A DNA stretch of 60,746 bases, the filler included, from Sphacelaria rigidula (Eukaryota): assembly GCA_964200075.2 (NCBI GenBank). It is 10 parts of 10 records of this genome, joined end to end, with 100 filler letters (N's around TTAATTAATTAA, not from the genome) between each part and the next. Parts side by side here need not be neighbours in the genome. Positions count along the whole stretch, not along the records: positions 48,679 to 54,662 come from CAXNAA020023006.1; positions 54,763 to 60,746 come from CAXNAA020023007.1; 8 more parts are not named here. One strand, written 5' to 3'. The position numbers and the translations under genes are program-made. The notes under the pieces are model-generated. The model did no database searches and was not told where the DNA came from. It saw nothing but the letters and a program-made list of their open reading frames with translations. Each line of letters opens with the position of its first letter. The stretch's first letter is position 1. Positions 49,376 to 60,746 of this stretch are shown piece by piece.

Positions 49376-51621
49376 CGCTGGTCACCTTCTGGCTACAGGT
49401 ACGTTTCGCATTATATCACTGTTTCATACTCCGAGTATTTAAACCGTTGGACGTAGCTCTTCTGTTAGTCATATCCAGTGTATTGTTCGCACAACTCGTT
49501 CCCTCATCACACACTCTCATACGCGAGAAGGCATCATTCTATTCATTGTAAGCTGTGGTGCACACTGCGTAAACATACCTAGAGAGGTTTTGGATAGGTA
49601 TTCCACGAAAAGGAGTGGGTGCATTGCTTCAGTTCAACTCAGTCGCGTTCAAAACAGGAAAGCAGCGTTTACCACCAGTAATACTACGATAGTTTTTCAT
49701 CTCGGCTGTTGAAACTATATCCAGATCTTCATCCTATACTGCACAGGATTCTACTCGGCTTGCACTCCACCCGGTTCCGTGGGATGCAGCGGGCACTTTT
49801 GTGCTATGTTGCTATGGAATAATGGGAGAATCTGATGCTTCACCGCATATTTTCGTCCATTCTTTTACTTTCCGAGGGTTTTTTGGGGGGCCACGGACGG
49901 TGAACTGCTGAATAGCTGAACCGTTGAAAACCGAGAACAAGCAGCCCGGATCTTGCAACTTCGATACAGGAACAGTTTCAAATTTCCGTCCCCACCCCCA
50001 GGGCAGTTGGACTGCCCTGAGAACTGAGTGCGAACCGGGGTTTTGAGCGAACGGCAGCGAGGCACGGGGTGTCACGGCTAGCTTTGCGGGTAACATACGA
50101 AGCAAGACGTGGTGAGTTCCCTTCCTCAAACTCTCACGTTAACAGATGCGGCATGGTCCGTTTGCTTGAATGTCACATCCCATCTTGCATGTGCGGTGTC
50201 TCCTCTCAGGACAGACAAGGCGTATCGACACTTCACACCATGTCGCTGCAAATTGCTGTTGATCGATCACACTGCAATCTCGACCATACGTGTTTTGTTT
50301 CGTATGCTGTTTGCCTTCTAGCTTTGCTAGTTCCGCTCCGTGGGTTGTACACTCACTATAGCTGCCCCTTGTTTGTTGCAGCAACGCTGCGCGAGGCATT
50401 CGGCTGTCCCTTTTGATTCTATGGATATACACACGTCATACATGGGCTCACCTGAAATATTTTCCGGTTGGGTCTCATGCGTACCGTATCCATGCACAAC
50501 AGGATTTTTGTACCATGTCGTGTAAAAGCCGACTGGCTCTTGTGATGAAGTACGTGCCTACGTTGTTAGTCGTAGGCTCGGCGTTTCGGCCACGTCTGTG
50601 CACAAAGCTCAGTGGACCGCAGCTTTGGAGATGTGCGCCGCTGTTCTTGTTTCTTGTGCAGAATGATGCACTGGGAAGGACAACGCCGCGGTGAAACATT
50701 ATAAAGTGTACATACCAAATTACCGTCGTCGAACAGGAACGTGGATACTGTCAGGAAAAGGTGCACTTGGTCAAGATACGGCATGCAGAATGATCCAGTA
50801 CAGTAGTACATCAACACTGCAGCTCGATTTTCTGCGCGATTTGCTCCTCTTCTTTGATTCCAACTCCACCTGCGAGTTGATGCCGTCCACAACTAGCAGT
50901 AAGCCGCAGGGGTGATCTTCCTGAAGGAAACGGACAACAAAATCTGCTGCATCCAGGGTAATCAGTGCAGAACCCCTCCTCTCAAACCCACGGTTGGAAA
51001 TATAGTTGGTTTGATACCGACCCTTTGGATCTTCGCAGGGCCGGTACTCGTAACCCATGTACTCGCCAGCTGGGTGTCGCACGCGTTTAACCGTTCGTCG
51101 TATGCGTTTCGGCTTGAATCGGTGTGGTCGACGCTGACTTGAGCTCTACCACAATGCACACATTTTTCACGGCACCTCCTGCACCCCCTTGCTTCAGAGA
51201 TCTCGGTCTGCCTTGTGGTTTGAGTGAGGTTTGGCGTTGAGGTTTGGCGCCATCAACAACGTAGACTATACTCGTACACTTCGTACGCTGTTTTGGATTT
51301 GGGGCGATGGGCTCGTTGAGTACGTTGAGTACGCCCGCCACATGAGTAACACCGAGTATTTGAGTGTGTATCCGCCTCGCCGAAACCCCGTCCTACAGTC
51401 AGAGTTTGGTCAGAGTTTAATAGGACCACTGCTGGTGTCGTCGTTCGCCGGCAGCTGTCCAGCGCTGTGGTTTTCCATCAAGGGTGAAAAGGTGTCCGCG
51501 TGGATTCATAGGGTGGGTCCATTGGGATCCACCTGCTACGTTTGGGTTTGGGGTACATATCGTAGTTTCTTCTCCGCGGAGATGATCGGAAGCAGCTACG
51601 AACTCGCTGACTGTTGCAGAC

Positions 51622-51831
51622 TTAACCCTTGGACCGCGAGGTTAGTCTTCTGCTGAATCGGCATCAATTTCAAGGGAAACAAAGTATGCATGGGGCAGAT
51701 AAAACTACCCTCGCGGTCTAAGGGTTAAACCCCTGGACGCGAGGGCAGTCCATCTTGACCATGAATACTTTTTTCAAGTGAAAGTTGATGCCGATTCAGC
51801 AGGTGACCAACCCTCGCGGTCAAAGGGTTAA
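51622..51831. mobile_element. Two adjacent piggyBac-like MITEs of about 100 bp sharing a central TTAA
   Basis: TTAA-CCCTTGGACCGCGAGG...CCTCGCGGTCTAAGGG-TTAA-ACCCCTGGACGCGAGGG...CCCTCGCGGTCAAAGGG-TTAA. Confidence 0.85.
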
Positions 51832-54044
51832 AATAACGTGCTTCACCATCATCATAAATAAATACTTCGAAGTAACGTATACGAATTGCGCAACGGATTG
51901 TTGGGATTTGGGATCCGGTACTGTACACTATCGCTGCTCGACTCCGCAGCGACACAGGGAAAAGTAAGCCCGTAGCGGGATCACATTGCGCGCATGTCTC
52001 GTATCGCCATCTCTTCGGGGCTGCTATTACGTGGGTCGCAAACTGGATTAGACCTGCTTCGACGAAAACATACTGTAGCAGCACAGGCAGAATCTGCACG
52101 GACACTCGCGCGAACCCACTTTCAATTTCATTTCCTTGTATACCCGGTCCGTGCTGAGAAGCCAAAGTGGTCAAAAGCATGTGTTCGTTGGAGGGATTCC
52201 ACCACTAGACCAAGTAGTCAAAGCTGACTGGATCTAGTGCATCTAACGTTTTTTCGCGACAACTGGAAAGAAAGCATGAACTCACCGAGAATCGAACTCG
52301 GGTCCATTTTTAAGGAAGTGGGAGATCCACCACCACTCGACCAGGTAGTCAGTGTTATCCCTCTTCCTCCGTAAAAATGAACCCGAGATCGATTCTCGGT
52401 GTGTCTCGTACTCTTCCCAAAAAGTCGAAAGGAGGACTGGAAATAGTATCTTTCCTGTGGTCGAGGAAACACGTGAGAGGCACTGAATCGTGTCAGTTGC
52501 AGCATTGACGAGGGGCAACCCGGACGATCGCGTCGAGAGGCTTTCGAGCTTGAACACACTCATTTTTATTGGTTAGAGGGATTTCATCCACTGCATTACA
52601 CCAAGTCGTCAGCGCTCACCGCTTGGTATTAGGCACTAGTTCCGTATGCGCGTTTTTTTCTTGAAATTGGGCTTCTAATATTTTTTATTTCGGCTTTTGA
52701 TATTTATTCCTAAGCCCCCACTTTGAGTTTTTTTCGCGCAAACTAGGCACGCTTTATGCGCCTTACTCCCGTCCCTTGTTGTGGCGTCGTGGCAGTATTC
52801 CCTCACGAGGCGCGCTTTCCAGCATGAAGACAAGACGACAAGTTGGGCATTCAAAGTTTTGACGTTTACTTTTTTATTGAAAAATGAACCTTTTCTTCAT
52901 TAAGTTTGATGGCCACAACCTGCACACCTACACTCTGACCCAGGTACGGAAACAAAATACAGCAGTAGGACATGGTAGCCTCTGGACACAAAGAACTGCA
53001 GCCTTTGGTCTCGCCTGGCGAGCTACAAGCAACAAGCTACCACACGTCGGATGAGCACGAGTATGGCTCGTAGCACTCGCACTCGTTGGGCTGCTCGTCG
53101 GCCGTAAAAATTAATGGGGCGAGCACTCGAGTCGTTGCTCGTTGTGAAAAAATTAATACTTCGTAGTAGGACGAGTACTCGAGTAATTGCTCATTGTGGA
53201 AAACAACCAATAGGGCGAGCACTCGAGTCATTGCTCGTAGTGAAGTAGTAAACAACTCGAGCACACGAGTCATTGCTCGTGATGAACGACTGACTTGAGT
53301 CGAGGAGTCAGAAATCCGACGAGCAAATAATAATGAACTCTCCGACAATTTTGAACCTAGAATCTTCAGGCTCATGTGCATATCTGCAGATGTACAAGCG
53401 TCCATCTCCAAAGCTCGTTTTCATGTCATCCAATCACCCCCCCCCCACACACACACAGATCAGAGTTCTACTGAAGCGGCGGGGAGTATTTCCCGAGTAG
53501 TACATTTTTAAGGCGAGCACCCGAGTCATTGCTCGTTGTGAAAAAAATGAAGGACTCGAGCACACGAGCCATGTTCGCTGTGTTTTCAAAAAACAGCCAC
53601 GAGTGCACTCGTTTCGACGAGTAACAACTCGTCCGACGCGTGCAAGCTATCACCTCCCCTCCCATCATGTGCCATCAGTCGACATTAAAATCTTGTCACA
53701 AGCTACCCCCCTGTCCTCCCCTCATCATCTACCGTCAGTCGACAATCAAAATCTTGTCGAGCTACCTATAACAGCGAATTGAAGAGGACTTTCGGATCTC
53801 GAGTCCCAAACAAAACAGTATGTGACAGCAGGGGGGCGAGAAGCCCAAGCGCTACCTTTTGCGCTACTTTGCGAGCTCGGGGTCTAGTGCAATAGGGAGC
53901 AAATGTGGGAAAAGGAGCCATTTGAGCTAGCTCATGATCCGGATCAGTACAGAAACAAGAAGTAATATTCAGGTGGCCCATCCGACGTGTGAACGTTTCA
54001 CAGGCACCGTACGTAAGGTAAGTACCCGGTACCGGTATTTGGGA

Positions 54045-54260
54045 CATCTTATACCCTACCGATATCGGTCCAATCGGGTATTTTCGAATGCCATACCCAC
54101 GATACCACGGTTCTCTGAAATTTCAGTACCTATCGTACCCGCCCAATCGGGTATGTTCAAGAGTCCTATTTACGATACCACGATATTTCGGGATTTCAAT
54201 GCCTACCGTACCCGTTTAACCGGGTATTTTTCAAAACTCATACCTACGATACCCACGCAC
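54045..54260 (+). repeat. Degenerate tandem repeat of about 70 bp, three copies
   Basis: Recurring CCTA.CGTACCCG...AATCGGGTAT.TTC...ACGATACCACG. Confidence 0.7.
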
Positions 54261-54477
54261 CGCGGTTTGGGATATTCCGGTCAATAACGGGGATATACCC
54301 GGTAAATACCGGACGCGATGCACTCCCCGCGGTGCAGCAGCTGGTTCCAACTTACGCGGAGGCCACAAGAAGTTGTCGGAGAAGGTACGTCTTGTTTTCA
54401 CAAACGATACATACCCAGATTCCCCCTGATTTTCGTGTTTGGATCAATTCGAATGCACTTATTATCATGTAGTCTCG

Positions 54478-54662
54478 CCGCGCCCCGGTGGTGTAATGGT
54501 CTGACTGTCGCCATTAGCGTGGAGAGAACAAGGGTTCGATTCCCGGTGCGTTTGGTTTTTTCTTTGTAATGAATGATTTCCACCGTGGAAAGCGTGAGAA
54601 CTTGAGTAAACGAAGTAGTCGACTGGGTCTGCGTGACGTGAGTTGACGCGGTGCGGGAGTGC
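54478..54662 (+). mobile_element. tRNA-derived SINE family 2, truncated by the contig end
   Basis: Colinear with 11908-12070 (GGTGGTGTAATGGT...GGTTCGATTCCC...ACCGTGGAAAGCGTGAGAAC). Confidence 0.75.
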
Positions 54663-56435
54663 NNNNNNNNNNNNNNNNNNNNNNNNNNNNNNNNNNNNNN
54701 NNNNNNTTAATTAATTAANNNNNNNNNNNNNNNNNNNNNNNNNNNNNNNNNNNNNNNNNNNNGGGGCTCGTGGAAGTGCATTTCGGAACCGAAACGATTC
54801 ATTCACTGATTGACCGCTTTTCACTCTCAATCGTATTATCATCTACTCTCAATCTCACGAAAACATTGTTTCTAGCCATCTCTCTGTGCGCGAGTCCCGT
54901 TTCATTCACTCTATCATACATTTGACTCGCCGTTTTTCATAACATATAGTAATCAGATCACGTACGGTATCCAGCGACAGCAGGGGTGGTAAGTACAACG
55001 TAACACACTGGACTCTGTACGTCAGGATGTCTTGAGCACAGCTAAAAGTCGATGTTTTTCTTTCTCGTATTGGTGTTATTGAGAACTCAATCAAGCTCAG
55101 CCTCTCTTTGGTCTCTCAAAGAGTATTTTTTATAGATTGCCCTGTATCCAGAGCGCTTCCAATTTCAATTTATTTCGGTGTTTGGGACGTTGCCGTCTCG
55201 GATTTCGGCGGTGAACCCCGAGTGGTCTCGACTGGGCCCTTTACTCTAAAATGAAGGTCTGCCCGTAACTTACTTTGTATTTGGACGTAGTATTTATCTC
55301 CTAACGGTAGGTATTGGAGGGACTAGTGGATTCGTTTCAGTACCGAAACGCCCAGGTATCATCATCTAGATGCTCTGTTTTGTGTCTAGTTCGGATCACG
55401 TGTCGCATGAAAAACTACCTGTACTGCAGTATGGTTGCGTCCTTGCACTCCTTGCCAAAAACTACGGTCCCCGCACCTCGTACACAGTACAGTTCATGAT
55501 AACCAGAGCATGTCGGTGGCGTTTATTTCATGCATATCCGTTTTTGAACTGGTACGGTATACTACTTCGTACAGCACGGAGCATGCGGTAGTACTACATC
55601 GAAAAACTGGTACACCACACCTCAAAGTTCAACAACGATGGACTCGCTGGCATTTCTTCTGCGTGCTTCCGAATAAAGCGTCATGAAACATGAGAAGTAA
55701 TACCGTGACGGGCTGCCACAGGAGAGTACAACGCTGTAGTGCACAAGCGCGCTGGCACGGTGCCGGCAACACGGAAACGCTAGCGCGCGTGCTGCTCGAA
55801 AATAACGCGCTCGGCCCGTGTAGTTTTATTCAGTGCGTTTTACTGAATTTCAATGCAGAGGTTACCCTTTGGGTGTGGAGTCGATACTGTGTACCAACCG
55901 CAGCGTGACGCCTGCGGCGGTACTACCTGCTCACTGCATAGTGGCAGGGTTCAGGGTGACAAAGCACACCGCAGAACATCGCATCCTTAGCCTATCCCTG
56001 TCCGGCATTGATTTCGCGTTGTCCTATGCAGTTTGCCACATCATGAGTGCAGCCGTTGTATCGCAGCCAAGGTGTAAGCAGGATATAAACGCCACGCGCT
56101 ACATTGCTACGTCACATTTTGTAAGGCTGCCCGTGTTTCAGCTACAGCGTGCGTTTGCCCCCGGTGGTGCACGCAGGAGTGAAAGGCCGCGTCCGCCGCT
56201 GTAATGGCTGCTTGTATCTTGGACGAAGCTGTATGGTAACACAGCCGCGGCTGGTGCGCCCACATAGTGTATACCGAAACGTGGAGACCGAGGATGATAC
56301 TAGGTGGGCAGCAGCAACTGCTGTTTGTCCAGGCCTCTCTTGGAGCAGGATGTGTTTGGTGTCCGTTTAACGGAGTTATCCCCCCAAAAACGAAATCGAT
56401 TGGGGTTTTAGAGTGGAAAAATCTGGCAAAAAACT

Positions 56436-56530
56436 GTCGCGAGAATCCGATCGTAAGAATCCTGATGCAAAAACACTATCGCAAGAATCCGATCGCAAGA
56501 ATCAGGTCACAAGAATCCTGACGCAAAAAT
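56436..56530 (+). repeat. Short tandem repeat of about 13 bp (CGCAAGAATCCGAT-like)
   Basis: Directly visible, about six degenerate units. Confidence 0.75.
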
Positions 56531-57168
56531 GGAGTCGCCGAAAACCAGTTAGTCGAATTTTTACCCGCAGCAGAAACCAACTTCACTTCGTGAAACTGGA
56601 AAACACCCGGGTGTCACTCAGTTCGACTATGTCCCGAAAAAGAATGGAATATAAGGAGGCATGTTTGTAGCTGGCCTGCACGGATACAAGCACTGTGAAC
56701 CCCTGACTGGGTTACGTGACGGTATCCTCAGCCAGCCCTCAGGCTTCGCTAGTCGAATAAGTAGTTCACCCTCGTACTGACCCCCAACTACGACGCCGCG
56801 ATCCACTACACCCCCCGTCAGGCTTAAGGTTGGAAAACAAAACTCGGACTGAACGTGGTTCGACGTAGGATCGCCGCGTCACCAGGCTCATCTTCCCCGA
56901 GCAATCGACGTCATGGCCATCTTGATGGGCGGCCGATCTTAATAACTGCTCTGCCGGTTAAGACCATGTAGGGACTTTATTCGCCATGCCGAAACGATCC
57001 CATCCTAGTCTGGAGCAGTCCCAATCTCGTTGACCGTTCTGCCGGCTTAGATCACGTACGGAATTCCAACACCGTTCAGAAACGATCCTATGGCTTTTTC
57101 ACGGTATCACAACTCAACCAAGTTGTCATCTTCACATCTTGTATCCTCGTCTTGGCTCAGTATCAAAC

Positions 57169-57794
57169 TTAACCCGTGAACTGCCCATACGTTTGTGTCA
57201 ATCGCCTTATACGTGTTGACCTGCAACTGATCCATATCTCCCCAACCGCCATATGTATACCTGACACGAGAGTACGACTGACGGAAATCGAAAGCCACCC
57301 CTTCATATTCCCGTTGCTCACCTTCATCAACTGGCATACACGGTTGATCCTGTCGGAAGTAAACTCCCCCTCAGCGTCACTCCTAATGTAATATGGTACC
57401 CCGAACGTCGAGAAGAGCTTAGGTAGGCACTTGGCTACGGGTTCGGTGATTTTGGTTGCTAGCGGGAAAAAAAAAGGAGCTTGACCGTCCGGTCTCATAC
57501 CACCAACAAGTACCTATTCCCCGCAGTGGAAATCTGCTTTATGCCGGATATATTCATATCTATCACCTCCCATGTTAGCAAGAACCGAGCCGGCCGCATG
57601 GCTATGGAATGACTATCAGTGCTCTTACGCGTACGACAGCCGCAAGACAGTACATATTCGCGAGTGTCAGCCAAGATGCCGGGCCACTCGTAGCTTGCCC
57701 TGACTAACGCAGTTGTTCTCGTCACCCCGGCATGCCTGTACGTTATGTGCACTAATTCCAGCAAGGCGGGAACCAAACTGCATGCAACAGCCAA
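57169..57794 (-). pseudogene. Ty3/Gypsy-type LTR retrotransposon integrase relic
   Basis: H2C2 zinc-binding region (LVHITYRHAGVTRT...YEWPGILADTREYVLSCGC), WEVIDMNI, GNRYLLVV and FGVPYYIRSDAEGEFTS, broken by a stop and a frameshift. Confidence 0.85.
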
Positions 57795-60746
57795 TTTAAG
57801 TGGTGCTCTACGTGAGGTTTACCACATAAGGTCATCATAATGTGGAAAACATACGCTTCCTGCTCCTGATTAGTGTTGTCATTTTGGCCCTTCTGAAGTA
57901 ACGTGTCTTTGATGGACCCAAGTCGCGAGTCCCGTTTTTGAAGCTGCGCTAGTCGTGGCTTGTCCAACGAAATCGCTCTTGCTTGATCGACAACTGTTTT
58001 TGGCTCATTTCCATCTCGCACTTATGGCCCCTCAACCGAAACGTCCTCAATAACACCGTCTTGACCAGATCCTGTGCTGAACTTTCGAGTCGATGAACTG
58101 GCAAAAGCGGCTCCTTTATCTTCCTTTCATCCACTTCGCCATGTGACCAGCGCTGTGAGTGTACTTGGACCTTTATCCGCAACATTCTCCGTCTGAGTCA
58201 GCCTCAACAACTTTCAGACTCCAAACTGGCCAGAACCGCCTTCATCATCCTAGGGTAAACAAAACTGGCCACAATCTCCGGTATAGCATCTTCGTTCACA
58301 ACAGGAGGTGCATCGTAACAGTCGAGAGTCGTAACTACCTTCGCGAGTAGCTTTCACAGCGACTACCCAGGTTCGTCCCTGCCGATAAGGTGTGCCCACC
58401 TGTATGATCGAGACGAAAGCTCGCTCTGTGAGACAACCAGCTCCGCTCAACGACGGAACAGTGCGTTTCTCCCAGCTGGAAGAGTTCACCATCACAGCGG
58501 TGCATTCCAGGATTAACGTCATCACAAAAGCTGCTGAGATGGATGGCTCGTGGGATCGTCACTGGATACGTCTGGCTTGACAGTATAGGAAAGAGACCAC
58601 GCCACGATGGCTCCTTAGAAGTATACTTCAAGTATAGAGGCTGCATAGCGTCACTTTGTGTCGCGGAAAATCAGGTTCGAAAACGCGCCGACAGCGGCGT
58701 CTCACAAGTTTATCGTTTGTACGGTACGCTTTTGTAAGTGTGAATATATGTGTGTTGGCAGTGACATCTCAGTGTGCTTGCAGTGGCTGGAGAACACCTT
58801 CTTCCTCAGTCCCAATCGCCTTTGTGGCTATGTATGTGCGGGCCCTCATTCTCCTTTTCGCGTATTCTCTGACGTTTTCCTCAGTCAAAACCAAGATTTG
58901 TTTTGATATTTGGTGCTTGACCCATGTGGCCGAACGGTTACTGAGCACGAAAATAACCGTATCCCGTCCTTCTCGGACGGGGGGGGGGGGGGGGGGTTAG
59001 TTATTGGTTACTCGCCGTAGGCGTTAAGTCATCGACCACGCATTCCTTTCGAGACGGAGCAGGTCTCCGGGAGCGAAAAGTTAACCCCGGGAAAAATCGC
59101 TTAAAAAAAAGCCATTAACTCTTTGTTTCAACCCGCTTCTGTACAGAGGTTAGCTACGTCTGGACGTAGAGCGCACATGGCACCGGAACGGACGAGCCGC
59201 AGAAGGTGATCATATCCCCGACGGACTGGAGTGTCCATCAGTAGCCCACCCACGAAGCGCGGGGCGGCAGCATTCTCAACACCCGTGGGACCCATCTCTT
59301 GACGATGGGGCAGACTCGAGGAACTGCTCGGACGCGTACAAGATGACGATCCAATATGTACGGTCGAGGGTGTCTTCTCGTGGACGTCGGACCCTGTCGG
59401 ATTTCTAGTGCCGCCCTTCAATGGATAGCGTAAAGACTTGGCTGCGAAGTGCATCGCCTTGACGGAGCCAACCACCCCCGACTTTATTGGTGCACATGCT
59501 GCCACCCCGCACCTTCCCACATGACTTTTGTTTCCCTTCTCTCGTCCAGGTCACCGTTGTCTGACGCTTTGCCGCGGATAGCGTCAGTCTACCGGGCACG
59601 CATTCCGGGCAATGGTTTCGGCGCTCCACCATGACCCTACGAAATGCGGCGGAAATTTGATGCCATAGTGAGCTGGCTGCACCTCAAATGTAGTCGAAGA
59701 CTCGATAATGAACGGAGTATGATACATTTACGACCTTTGTAGTATAAACTGGTAAGATAAAACTACCTTCTTCAGGCATCGATGATGTCACACACCAGAC
59801 GGCCGCTGTATTGATGAACCACGAATCTTTTCTAGAACGCCATATATATATATGGTATTCTCACATTGTTGATAGCACCGCGACTAGTCTAGGCGCCGTG
59901 CTCGACCTTTGACTTGTTTTTTTTAACGGAAAGTCGGAGAAGGTTTGGCACGGGTGTAGTTCGAGCGCACAAGGCATGGCACGGGCACCTTGCATCTCAA
60001 ATCCCACCGGTGGAGTACTTGTATTTCTTTTTTCAATGCTCACGTCACATTAGCTCGATTCCTCGAACACTCCAAGTCGATCCCTCCGAACCTTGGTCAC
60101 GGGGTGCAAGGGGCATACCACCCATAGCCATAAAACCAAGAGTTGACAAAGCAAGCCTTTACACAAAAGCGGTATACAAAAAGAACGAGCCCGCAAAAAC
60201 CGATCGAACTACAAGGAACACACTGCAAGCTGAAAAATTGCCGGTGTGCGTTTTAGATGACCAACTTGCCACCTACTGCTGTATAGAATTGAAGTAACAG
60301 CAAACGCATGAATCGAAATGTTGCGGGGAACAAGAAGCATCCCCTAATAGACCTAGTAATGTTGGGAAAAAAAACCAGGCTCAAGGAAGTAAGGAAATGG
60401 TTTCATCACCGAAGCATCAATCGTAACATATACTGACCTGACTCAACATCAATATCAAGCGACTTGATCACCCCAAGTGTGTAACTAGTTCAGTGTAACT
60501 TCCCTGAGCTAATCCAAGTTCGAGAAACTTGATTTTCCCGCTCGAAAATCAGATAGTTCGTCATTTTTAAACTAGCTTCATATAGAACTCAGGACACTCT
60601 TTCCCCCCCCCCCACCTCATGAGTACACCCCCCCCACACCTCTGGGCAACAAATGAGTACGCACCCTCCCCCCTATATAAACACGCCACTCACTGCGTAA
60701 GCGAGGCAACCAGGTTACCGCTTTTTTTTGCGCACTTGCGTTTTTT

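Noticed and set aside
50869..50919. Possible small minus-strand exon EDHPCGLLLVVDGINSQ
   Set aside because: The splice signals are plausible, but I found no recognisable homology or partner exons.

Overview
This window is not one locus. It is ten unrelated contigs of 5,985 or 5,984 bp joined by an artificial 100-bp linker (N44-TTAATTAATTAA-N44), so adjacency across linkers means nothing. The DNA is eukaryotic, with GT-AG introns, (TTAGGG)n repeats and heavy transposon content. Gene types and intron style suggest a photosynthetic stramenopile, probably a brown alga; that assignment is inference. Recognisable gene pieces are the last exon of a bacterial-type IF-1 (infA), the last exon of ketopantoate reductase, one exon of a CHD/Mi-2-type SNF2 remodeller, two exons of an RNI-like LRR protein, three exons of a class C (7tm_3, GABA-B-like) GPCR that the ORF track mostly misses, and two exons of a 2OG-Fe(II) oxygenase-like protein. 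The rest is mobile DNA: tRNA-derived SINEs, several MITE families with readable TIRs and TSDs, a LINE RT relic present as a 1,274-bp inverted pair, a gag relic, a Gypsy integrase relic and minisatellites. I found no convincing new multi-gene system. The best leads are a TIR-bounded palindromic minisatellite with higher-order periodicity, MITE arms that co-vary between copies, a dispersed element carrying telomere-like repeats, and the GPCR enclosed by an inverted duplication.
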